The position numbers and the translations under genes are program-made. Below, piece after piece: positions 22,301 through 34,300 of a DNA stretch of 64,000 nt. The stretch is from NCBI GenBank assembly GCA_963770895.1, contig CAVYRF010000002.1, positions 4,320,001-4,384,000 on the forward strand, read 5' to 3'. Origin of the DNA: an uncultured Acidobacteriota bacterium (GTDB lineage: Bacteria; Acidobacteriota; Thermoanaerobaculia; Multivoradales; UBA5704). Under the pieces are notes generated by a model, which did not search any database, was not told the origin of the DNA, and saw only the letters and a program-made list of their open reading frames with translations. How positions within the stretch are numbered: the first letter of the stretch is position 1; each line of letters opens with the position of its first letter.

Positions 22301-25300
22301 TCCTGGCGGGGACGGTGGACGGCTCGCGGCGGCCGGTGGCGCTGCTGTTCTCGGGGTTGGGCGAGCAGTACCCGGCGATGGCGGCCGGTCTCTACCGCGA
22401 CCTTCCGGCCTTCCGCGAGCGGCTGGACCGCCATGCCGCGGTGCTGGCGCCGATCCTCGGGTTCGATCCGCTGGCGGTGCTCTTTGCCGGGGCGGACCGC
22501 CAGGCGGCCGGCGCGCCGGCCGCCGGCCTCGACCTGCGCCGGATGCTCGGCCGCCGGCGCGCCGGGACCGACCCCGGGGTGCCGGCGCCGGCCGACGAGC
22601 GGCTGGCGCGCACGGCGGTGTCCCAGCCGTTGCTCTTCGCGGTCGAGCTGGCGCTCGCCGGGACGTGGCGGGACTGGGGCATCCAACCGCAGGCGATGCT
22701 CGGCTACAGCCTGGGCGAGTACGTGGCGGCGTGCGTGGCCGGGGTGCTCGCCGCCGAGGACGCGCTGCGGCTGGTGGCGGAGCGGGCGCGTCTCATCGAC
22801 GCCCTGCCGGCGGGGGCGATGCTGGCCGTGCCGCTCGGGCCGGAGGAGCTGCGGCCGCTGCTCGCGGGCGAGCTGTGGGTGGCGGCGGTCAACGGGCCGC
22901 GGCTCACCGTGGTGTCGGGGGCGCCGGGGGCGGTGGCGGAGCTGGCGCGGCGGCTCGACCAGCTGGGGACGGCAAGCCGGCCGCTGGCCACGACGCACGC
23001 CTTCCACTGCCCGCTGCTGGCGCCGGTGGCGGCGGCGCTGGTCGAGCTGCTGCGCCGGGTGCCGCTCGCGGCGCCGCGCATCCCGTACCTGTCGAACCTG
23101 ACCGGCACCTGGATCACCGCCGCGCAGGCCACCGATCCGCAGTATTGGGCGGAGCAGATGTGCCGGCCGGTGCAGTTCGCCGCCGGCGTGGCCGAGCTGT
23201 GGCGGGAGCCGGGACGGGTGCTCCTGGAGGTCGGGCCGGGGGCGAGCCTGTCGTCGCTGGCGCTGCAGGCCGGCGGCGCGGCGGCCGACCCGGTGGCGGT
23301 CTCGTCGCTGCCGGGCGCCTACGAGCGCCAGCCGGACCGCGTCCACCTGCTGGGCGCCGCGGCAAAGCTCTGGCTGTCGGGGGTGCGCCTGGACTGGCGG
23401 GCGGCCTGGGGCGGCGAGCAGCGGCGGCGCGTCCCCCTGCCCACCTATCCGTTCGAGCGGCGGCGGTATTGGATCGAGCGCCGCCAGCCGGACCGCTTGT
23501 CCGGGGGCGGCGAGGCCGCCGGACGGGCGGGCGCCGGCGCCGGGCCGGGGCTGCACCTGCCGGCGTGGCGGCGGACGCCGGCGCTGCCGGTGCCGGGCGC
23601 TGCCGGGCTGCAGGCCGCGGGGGCGCCCTGGCTGGTGCTGGTGGAGGAGTCCGGCCTGGGCCAGCGCATCACGGCGCGGCTGCGGCAGGCGGGGGCGCGG
23701 GTGGTGGAGGTGACGGCCGGGACGGCGGGCGCCGGTTTCGCGTCGCTCCGGCCGGACACCTTCCGCATCGACCCGTGCGAGCCGCGCGACTACGACCTGC
23801 TGGCCGCGGCGCTCGGCGGTGCGGGCCGGCCGGGACCGGGGCGGATCGTTCACCTGTGGGGCATCGGCGCCGGGCGTGCCCGCGCCGCGGCCGGCCTGGG
23901 CCTGCGCGCCCTGCTCGGGTTGGCGCAGGCGCTCGACCGCGCGGCCGGGGGGAACGGTGGGACCGGCGCGGACGGCGCGGATGGCGCCGGCGGCGCCGCC
24001 AATACGCTGGCGTTGCTGGTGGCCGCCGACGGGCTGCATCCGTTCACCGGCTCGGCCCGGCGCCGTGCGGAGCTGGCGCCGCTCGGCGCCCTCTGCCAGG
24101 CGCTGCCGCGCGAGCTGCCGGGCGTCGCCAGCCGCGCGGTGGACATCGAGCTGCCGCGCGGCACGGGGGGGGCCGCGGAGCGGCGGTGGGAGCGGCTGGC
24201 GGCGGCCCTGCTGGCGGAGATCGCGGCAATGCCCGCCGCCGGCGTCGCCGGCACTGCCGGCGCGCCCGCGGCGGCGGCGGTCGCGCTGCGCGGCGGCGAG
24301 CGCTGGACGGAGGCGTTCGAGCCGGTGCCGCTGGCGCCCGCGCCGGGGTCGTCGTCGCTGCAGGGCGCCGTGCTGCTGGTGGGACGGCGCGCCGGGTTCC
24401 TGGCGGCCGCGGCGTCGGTTCTCGGCCAGGCCGGCGTGCGCACCGTCTGGGAGGAGAGCGACGCCGGCGGCGGCGGCACGCCCGCCGGGGCGGCGCCGGG
24501 CGGCCTGAACGCCGCGGGTGAGGAGCCGCTGGCCGGGGTGATCGTGGGAGAAGAGGCGCTGCTCGGCGACACGGCGCCGGTGCCGGCGGCGCGGCTCGAT
24601 GCCGCCGCGTGGGACGCCCTGCTGGCCGGGGTGGCGGATCGCTTCGCGGACCTCGGGCGGCGGCTGGCGGATCGCCAGCCGGGCTTCCGCGTCCTGGCGT
24701 CGTCCTGGTCGCCCTTGGCGGCGCTCCCGGCGCCGATGGCGGCGACTGCGGCGGCGGCGGCGAAGCCGGAGCCGGCGTGGCGCGCCGCGGCGCGCGGCCT
24801 GCTCGACGCCCTGGCCGAAAAGGCGGGCCGTGCGGAGCCGCACTCCCCCTGGGTGCGAGTCGCCTGGGACGGGCTGGCGGCGATGCCTGCGGGGATGGTT
24901 GCGGACCTGCTGGCGCGGTTGGCGTCGGAGGCGGACGGCGGGCGCTTCGCGGTGTCGCCGGGCGAGGCGGCCGTGCCGCGGTCCACGCCGGAGGCCGGCG
25001 ACTTCCCGGGGACGCTCCACGGCCGGCCGAACCTCAAGCATGCCTACGTCGCCCCCGAAGGGGAGGTCGAGCGCCAGCTGACGGTGATCTGGCAGGAGCT
25101 GCTGGGCATCCAGGGGATCGGCGTCCACGACAGCTTCTTCGAGCTGGGCGGCGACTCGCTCCAGGCGGTGCAGGTGATCTCGCGGGTGCGCGGCGCCTGG
25201 GGGGTGGAGATCGCTCTGGGCGCGCTCTTCGAGACGCCGACGCCGCGGGCGCTCGCCGCCACGCTGCGGACAATGCGGCCGGACGCCAGGCCCGCCATCG

Positions 25301-28300
25301 TGCCGCAGCCGCGGCAGGGGGGCGCCGCGGCGGAGTTGCCGCTGTCGTTCGCGCAGCGGCGGCTGTGGTTCATCGACCAGCTGGAAGGCGGCGCCCTGTA
25401 CAACGTGCCGCTCGCGGTGCGGTTGGAAGGCCCTCTGTCGGCCGCCTTGCTGTCGCGGGTGCTGGGGGAGGTGGTGCGCCGGCACGAAGGCGTGCGTACC
25501 GTGTTCCCGGGCGTCGACGGCCAGGCGCGGCAGGTGATCCTGCCGCCGTCCGCGGTGGCGGTCGCGGTCGTCGATCTGACGGGTCTGGCGCCGGCGCTGC
25601 GCCAGCCGGTGGCGGCGGACCTGGTGCGGGAGGACGTGCGCCGGCCGTTCGACCTGGCGCGCGGGCCGCTGCTGCGGGCAGGGCTCTGGCGCCTGGGCGC
25701 GGCCGAGCACGTGATGCTGCTCAACCTCCACCACATCGTCAGCGACGGCTGGTCGCTGGGCGTGCTGCTGCGGGAGATGACGGCCCTGTACGCGGCCTTT
25801 GCCGCCGGTCAGCCGTCGCCGCTTGCCCCGCTGCCGGTGCAGTACGCGGATTTCGCGGCCTGGCAGCACGGCTGGCTGGCCGCCGATGCCGGCGGCGCCG
25901 GCGGCGCCGGCACCACCCTGGAAGCGGAGCTGCGCCATTGGCGCTCGCGGCTGGCCGGGGTGCCGCCGGTGTTCGAGCTGCCCACCGACCGGCCCCGCCC
26001 GGCGGTGCAGAGCTTCCGCGGCGGGGTCCGCTCGCTGGCGCTGGCGCCGGAGCTTGCCGCGGCCCTGGCGGCGCTGTCACGCCGCGAGGGAGCGACGCTC
26101 TTCATGACGCTGGCGTCGGCGCTGAGCGTGCTGCTGTCGCGCTTCGCGGGGCAGAGCGACTTCACCCTGGGCACGGTGGTGGCCGGCCGTCACCACCTGG
26201 AGATCGAGGGGTTGATCGGGTTCTTCGTCAACACCCTGGTGCTGCGGCCCGACCTGGCCGGCGAGCCGCGCTTCACCGACCTGGTGGCGCGGATGCGCGA
26301 CGAGGCGCTGGCCGCGTTCGCGCACCAGGATCTGCCGTTCGACAAGCTGGTGGAAGACCTCGCGCCGGAGCGCAGCATGGCCCACACGCCGCTGTTCCAG
26401 GTGATGTTCGCCTGGCAGAACGTGGCGGTGGGAGAGGTGTCGCTGGCGGGCCTGCGCCTGGTGCCGCTGGAGCTGGGCGAGGAGGTCGCCAAGTTCGACC
26501 TGACCCTGACGCTGCACGACAGCGGGTCGGGGATCACCGGCAACATCTCCTACGCACGGGACCTGTTCGACGCCGCGACGATCGAGCGGCTGGCAGCGTC
26601 CCTCCAGGTGCTGCTGGCGGCGGCGGCCGCGGACCCCGAGCTGCCGATCTCGCGGCTGCCGCTGTCGAGCCCCGCGCAGCGGCACCAGCTGGTGGTCGAG
26701 TGGAACGCCACGGACACCGACTGGCCGAGCGGCAGCACGCTGCCGGAGCTGTTCGCCCTGCAGGCGGCGGCCCATCCGTGGCGGCTGGCCTGGGAGCTCG
26801 GCCGCGAGCAGCTGTCGTACGCGGAGCTGGCCGTCCGCGCCGACGCGGTGGCGCGCTACCTCCGGCAGCAGGGGGTGGGGTGCGGGGACGTGGTGGGGCT
26901 CTGTATCGAGCGTTCGGGGGCCGTGCTGGTGGCGATGCTGGGGATCGTCAAGGCCGGGGCCGCCTACCTGCCGCTCGATGCGGCCTACCCGGCGGAGCGC
27001 CTGGCGTGGATGCTCGCCGACAGCGGTGCGCCGGTGGTGCTCACCCAGGAGAGCCTGGCGCCGCGCCTGCCGGCCGCGGGACCGCGGGTGGTGCGGCTCG
27101 ACACGCAGTGGGCAGAGATCGCCGCCCCCCCTGCGGCCGGTGCGGCCGGTGTGGCCGGCGGGGCGGGCGTCACACATGCGGCCGGCGCCGGGGACGCGGC
27201 GCCCGCGACGCGCCCGGAGGACCTGGCCTACGTGATCTATACGTCGGGCTCGACGGGGCGGCCCAAGGGCGTGGCGGTGCCGCACCGGGCGGTGGTCCGC
27301 CTGGTTCTGGCGACCGACTACGTCGATCTGGAGGCAGCCGGCCGGATCGCGCAAACGTGCAACCAGGCGTTCGACGTGGCGACGTTCGAGATCTGGGGCG
27401 CGCTGCTGTGCGGCGCGACGCTGGTGGGGGTGCCGCAGGAACTGCTGCTGTCGCCGGCCGAGCTGGCGGCACACCTGGCGGCGGCGCATGTCCGGGTGCT
27501 GTTCCTGGTCACGGCGCTGTTCAACCAGGTGGCGCAGCAGGCGCCGGGTGCCTTCGCCGGGGTGGACACCGTGCTGTTCGCCGGCGAGGCGGCCGATCCG
27601 GAGGCGGTGCGCAAGGTCCTGGCGGGCGGCGCGCCGCGGCGCCTGGTGAACGCCTACGGGCCGACGGAAAACACCACCTTCAGCACCTGGTACCGGGTCG
27701 AAGCGTTGGCGGCGCACGCGGTGACGGTGCCGATCGGGCGGCCGATCGCCAACAGCCGGTCGTACGTGCTGGACGCCGGGTTGCAGCCGGTGCCGCCGGG
27801 CGGCGTCGGCGACCTGTACCTGGCGGGCGCTGGGCTGGCGGTGGGCTATTGGCGGCAGCCGGAGCTGACGGCGGAGCGGTTCGTGGAGAGCCCGGCGCTG
27901 CCGGGTGAGCGGCTGTACCGGTCCGGCGACCGGGCTCGCCTGCTGGCGGACGGCAACCTGGAGTTCCGCGGCCGTGACGACCAGCAGGTCAAGCTGCGCG
28001 GCTTCCGCATCGAGCTGGGCGAGATCGAGCTGGCGCTGACGGCGATCGTGGGTGTCGCCGAAGCGGCGGTGGTGCTGCGCGGCGACCTGGCGGGCGGCCG
28101 GGGATTGGTCGCCTACGTGGTGCCGGCGGCACCTGGCGGCGCGGGCGATGGAGGCGGTGTGGGCGCCGCGGGCTGGCCGGCGGAGCTGCGGCAGGCGCTG
28201 GCAGGCCACCTGCCGGGCTACATGGTGCCGGCTCACGTGGTGCCCCTGGCGGCGCTGCCGCTGACCCCCAACGGCAAGGTGGACCGGCGCTTCCTGGCCG

Positions 28301-31300
28301 AGCGCGGGCCGCTGCCCGACGCCGCGGCCGGCGGCGCGCGGATCGCGCCGCGCACCGTGACCGAGGAGCTGCTGGCGGGGATCTTCGCCGACGTCCTGCG
28401 GTTGGAGGGCGTCGGGGCGGAGGCCGACTTCTTCGCCCTCGGCGGGCACTCGCTGCTGGCCACCCAGCTGGTGTCGCGGGTGCGGGCGGCGTTCGGGGTC
28501 GAGCTGCCGCTGCGGGCGGTGTTCGAGCGTTCGACGGTCGCCGGGCTGGCGCTGGAGGTCGACCGGGCGGCCAGCCTGGGCGGCAGTGTGCCGCCGCTGG
28601 TGCGCGCCGACCGGCAGGGGGAGCATCGACCTGCCGGAAGTGCCGCGACAGGCGACAGCCGCGGCCCGCTGTCGTTCGCGCAGCAGCGGCTGTGGTTCAT
28701 CGACCAGCTGGAGGGCGGGTCGCTCTACAACCTGCCGATCGCCCTGCGCATGAGCGGCGACCTGTCGGTCGCGCTGCTGGCGCGGGTGCTGGGCGAGGTG
28801 GCGCGGCGCCACGAGGTGCTGCGGACGGTGTTCCAGTCGGTGGAGGGCCGGGCGCGCCAGGTGGTGCTGCCGGCGGCCGGGCTGGGCGTCCCGGTGGTCG
28901 ACCTGACGGGTCTTGCCGCGGCGCTGCGCGAGCCGGCGGCGACCGGCCAGGCGATGGGCGAGGCGCGGCGGGCGTTCGACCTGGCGCGCGGCCCGCTGAT
29001 GCGGGTGCGGCTCTGGCGGCTTGACGCGACGGAACACCTGCTGCTGCTGGCCATGCACCACATCGTCAGCGACGGCTGGTCGATGGGCGTGCTGGTGCGG
29101 GAGGTGACGGCCCTCTATACGGCGTTCGCGCTCGGCCGGCCGTCGCCGCTGCCCGAGCTGCCGGTGCAGTACGCCGACTTCGCCGCCTGGCAGCAGAGCT
29201 GGCTCTCGGGCCAGGTGCTGGCGGCGGAGATGGATCACTGGCGCCGCCGCCTGGCCGGCGCGCCGCCGGTTTTGGAGCTGCCGACCGACCGGGCCCGCCC
29301 GCCGGTGCGCAGCTTCCGCGGCGCCACGCGCGCCCACCGCCTGTCGCCGGCGCTGACGCAGACCATCCTGGCGTTGGCGCGGCGCCGGGGGACGACGCTC
29401 TTCATGGCTCTTGCCGCCGGTTTCCAGGCCTGGCTGGCGCGCATCAGCGGCCAGACCGATTTCACCCTGGGCACGCCGATCGCCGGCCGCAACCGCCTGG
29501 AGACCGAGGGCTTGATCGGCTTCTTCGTCAACACCCTGGTGCTGCGCGCCGAGCTGTCCGACGACCCCGCCGCCGGCGAGATCCTGGACCGCGTGCGGCG
29601 GCAGACGCTGGCGGCGTATCAGCACCAGGACCTCCCCTTCGAGAAGCTGGTCGAGGAGCTCGATCCGGAGCGCAGCCTGAGCCGCGCGCCGCTGTTCCAG
29701 GTGATGCTGGTGCTGCAGAACAACGCGGCGGAACGGCTGGAGATGCCGGGCCTTGAGCTGCGGCCGGTGGCGGTCCCCACCGGGACGACCGACTTCGACC
29801 TGACGCTGGTGGCGGGGGAGAGCGAGCAGGGGCTGGACGCGATGCTCGACTACAGCACCGACCTGTTCGACGCCGCGACCGTGGCGCGGTTCCTGGCGCA
29901 GATCGAGCGGCTGCTTGGCGCCGTCGCGGCGGCGCCGGAGACGCGGCTGTCGCAGCTGCCGCTGCTCGGCGCCGGCGAACGCCACCAGGTGGTGGCCGAA
30001 TGGGCCGCCTGGAGCGAATGGGCCGGCCGCGCCGCGGCGAGCGAGGGCAGCGGCGGCGGGCCGGACCGCGCCGGGGGCGGGCTGCTGCATGCGCCTTTCT
30101 TCGCCCAGGCGGCGCTGGTTCCCGAGCGCGTGGCCTTGACCTGTGGCGAAGCGCACGTGACCTATGGCGAGCTGGCGGCTCGCGCCGGCCGCCTGGCGCG
30201 CCAGCTGGCGGTCCTGGGCGCCCGCGCCGAGGCGCCGGCCGGCATCCTGCTGGAACGCGGCGTGGATCGCATCACCGCCGTGCTCGGCGTGCTGATGACG
30301 GGCGCCCTCTACCTGCCCCTCGACCCGTCGCTGCCGCGGGAGCGCGTCGGCGAGCTGCTGGCCGGCGCCGGCGCCGCGCTGGTGGTGACGCGCGAGGAGC
30401 TGCTGGAGCTGGTGCCGGCCGCCACCACCGCCCTCTGCCTTGGACGCGACGGCGCGAACGACGCAACTGGCGCGAACGTCGCGAGCGGCGCGCACGAGGC
30501 GAACGGCGCCTACGTCCTGTACACCTCGGGCTCGACCGGCCGCCCCAAGGGGGTGCTGGTCGAGCATCGCGCCGCCGCCTGGTACTCCCGGTGCGCCGCC
30601 GGCAACTTCGCCTTGACGCCGGCCGACTGCGCCCTGCAGTTCGCCTCCCTCAGCTTCGACGTCAGCATCGAGGAGATCTTCCCGATCCTGGCGAGCGGCG
30701 GCCGGCTGGCGATCCTGCCGCCCGGCGACGTGCCGACGGCGGCCGAGTTCCTGGCCGCGTGCCGGACGGCGGGGGTCACCGTCCTCACCCTGGCGACCGC
30801 CTACTGGCACGAGCTGGCGATCGAGGTCGAGGCGCGGCCGCACACGCTGCCGCCGGCGCTGCGCCTGGTCTCGATCGGCGGCGAAAAGGCCAGGCCGGAC
30901 CGCGTCGCGTCGTGGCAGCGCGCCGCCGCCGGCAGCGCCGTGTACAACGGCTACGGCCCCACCGAAACCACCGTCATCGCCACGCTCTACCGGGTGGAGT
31001 GCGGGCCGTGGGACGCCGCGGCCGACCTGCCGCTGGGCCGTCCCATCCCCGGCGCTCGCACCTTCGTCGTGGACCGCCAGCTGCAGCCGCTGCCGCCGGG
31101 AGCGCCGGGGGAGCTGGCGATCGGCGGCGCCGGCCTGGCGCGCGGCTACCTGGGCGAGCCGGCGATGACGGCGGAGCGCTTCGTGCCGGACCCGTTCGGC
31201 GCCGCGGGCGACCGGCTGTATCGCACCGGCGACCTGGCGCGTCAGCGGCCGGACGGCCAGATCGAGTTCCTGGGGCGGATCGACCACCAGGTGAAGCTGC

Positions 31301-34300
31301 GCGGTTTCCGCATCGAGCCGGGGGAGATCGAGCAGGCCCTCGCCGCCCAGCCGGAAGTGACGGGGGCGGTGGTGGTGGTGCGCGAAGGCCTGCCGGGCGG
31401 CCGCGGGCTGGTGGCCTACGTCGTGCCGGCGCCGGCGGCCGGGGCAACGGCGGCGGCGCTGCGGGAAGGGCTCAAGGCCAGGCTCCCCCCCTACATGGTG
31501 CCGGCGCACGTGATGCTGCTCGAGGCGCTCCCCCTGACGCCCAGCGGCAAGCTGGACCGCAAGTGGCTGGCGCAGCACGGACCGCTCCCCGGCGGCGCCG
31601 ACCTGCCGGCGGCGCGGGAGTCGCGGCGGCTCAACGTGACCGAGGAGCTGCTGGCCGGGCTGTTCGCCGAGGTGCTGGAGATCGCGGCGCCGGCGATGTC
31701 CGCGAGCGCGCCGGGCGGTTCGGGCGCGCCGGCGGGCACCTCTGGGGCAGGGGTGGGGTTGGACGCCGACTTCTTCGAGCTGGGCGGCCACTCCCTGCTG
31801 GCGACGCGGCTCATGTCGCGGGTGCGGACCACCTTCGGCGTCGAGCTGCCGCTGCGGGCGATCTTCGAGCAGCCGACGATCGCCGGCCTGGCGCGGGAGA
31901 TCGACAGGGCGTTGCGGTCCGGGGCGGGCGCACCGGTCGAGGTCGCGGCGCCGGTGTCGCGCGACGCCCTTCTGCCGCTGTCGTTCTCGCAGGAGCGGCT
32001 GTGGTTCCTGCAGCAGCTGGAGCCCGGCTCGGCGACCTACAACATGCCGCTGCAGCTCGCGCTTGCCGGCACCCTCAGCATCGGCGCCCTGGCGGCGGCG
32101 TTGAGTGCGCTGCTGCGCCGCCACGAGTCGCTGCGCACCACCTTCGTGCAGGGCACCGGGACGCTGCGCCAACAGATCGCGCCGCCGGTCCCCGTCGCGG
32201 CGCTGCCGCTGGTCGACCTGTCGGGCCTGCCGCCGGCGGCGCGCCGGGACGCGGCGGCAGGGCTGGCACGGTGGCACGCCGGCCAGGGGTTCGACCTGGA
32301 GCGCGGGCCGCTCTGCGTGTGGCTGCTGGTGCGGCTGGCGGCGGCGGAGCACCGGTTCCTGCTCAACATGCACCACACCATCTCGGACGGCTGGTCGATC
32401 GAGGTGCTGGCCCGCGACCTGGGCGAGCTGTACGCCGCGACGCTGGAGGGGCGGCCGGCGCGGCTGCCGGACCTGCCGATCCAGTACGCCGACTTCGCGC
32501 ACTGGCAGCGCCGGTGGCTGGTGGAGAAGCAGGCGCAGGAGCTGGCCTATTGGGAGTCCCGGCTGGGCGGCGAGGTGGCGTCGGCCGAGCTGCCCACCGA
32601 CCGGCCGCGCCCCGCCGTGCAGACCTTCCGCGGCGGCCGGCGGCAGCTGGTGCTGGGAGAGGAGCTGACGGCGCGGCTCAAGCGCTTCGGCCGCGACGAA
32701 GGCGTGACGCTCTTCATGACGCTCCTGGCTGCCACCCAGGTGCTCCTGGCGCGCCACAGCGGCGAGCACGACGTGGCGGTGGGCGTGCCGGTGGCCGGCC
32801 GCCAGTGGGAAGAGACGGAAGGGCTGATCGGGTGCTTCCTCAACACCCTGGTCTTGCGCACCGACACCGCGGGCGAGCCGAGCTTCCGCGAGTTCGCGGC
32901 GCGGGTGCGCACGGTGACGCTCGAAGCCTACTCGCACCAGAGCGTGCCGTTCGAAGCCGTGCTCGGCCGCCTGGGGCTGCGCCGCGACCTGTCGCGGTCG
33001 CCGCTGTTCCAGGTGCTGTTCAACCTGTTCAACCTGCCGGGGGCGCCCTTGGCGCTGCCCGACCTGGAGCTGCGGGCGCTGGCGCCGGCCGAGGTGCCGT
33101 CGAAGCTCGACCTGACGTTCTACGTCTCCGAGGACGCCGGCAGGGTGCCGATCGACCTGGTCTACAACGCCGATCTCTTCGACGAGGCGCACATGGCCGA
33201 GGTGCTGGCGCAGCTCGAGGCGCTGCTGCGGCAGGCGGTCGAACAGCCGGAGGTGCCGGTGGCGCATCTCTCCCTGGTCACCGACCTGGCGCGCGCGGTG
33301 CTGCCCGACCCGGGATGCGAGATCGACAGGCCTGCCTTCCCCGCGGTGGCGCGCCAGTTCCTCGCCCGCGAGGCGGCGCAGCCGGAGCGGGCGGCGGTCT
33401 GTTTCCAGGCCCAGGCGTGGTCCTATTCCCAGCTGGGCAGCCGGGCGCGGGAGATCGCCCGCGCGGCCATCGCCGCGCTGGCTCCGGTGGCCGCGATGGC
33501 CGCCGGCGGGGCGGCGCCGCCGGTCATCGCGGTGACCGGCCCGCGGTGCCCCGAGCTGATCGGCAGCATCCTGGGGGTCTTCCTGGCCCGCGGGGTGCTG
33601 TTGACGCTGGACCCTGCGCTGCCGGCGGCGCGCCTCCGCCTGATGGTGGAGCAGGCGAAGCCCGGATGCCTGCTGTACGTCGGCGAGCCGCGCGAGGAGG
33701 ACGCCTGGATGTGGGAGCTGGGTGCGCTCGGCATCCTGGCGGTGGTGCCGGTGGTGCGGGGGGCGGCGGCGGCCGGGCCGGCGCACGACGAGCCGGCGGC
33801 GGCCGTCGCCGACCCCGGTGCGGACGATCCGGCGTACATCTTCTTCACCTCCGGCACCACCGGCAGGCCGAAGGCGGTCGTCGGGCGCCAGAAGGGGCTG
33901 AGCCACTTCGTCACCTGGCAGCGCGAGACCTTCGGCATCGGCCAGGGCGACCGCGTCGCCCAGCTGACCGGCCTCTCCTTCGACGCGGTGCTGCGCGACA
34001 TCTTCGTGGCGCTGACCAGCGGCGCGACGCTCCACCTGCCGGACGAGGACGAGGCGAGCCCCGAGCACCTCCTGTCCTGGCTGCGGCGGCGCGCGATCAC
34101 CGTGCTGCACACCGTCCCGTCGCTGGCCGGCGCCTGGCTGGCCGCGCCGGCGGCGGTGGCCGCGGCGGGGCCGGCAGCGCTGCGTTTGACGTTCTTCGTC
34201 GGCGAGCCGCTGCTCGACCATGTGGTCGAGCGCTGGCGGGCGGCCTTCGCCGGCGCCGAGGTGTTCAATTTCTACGGTCCGACGGAAACCACGCTGATCA

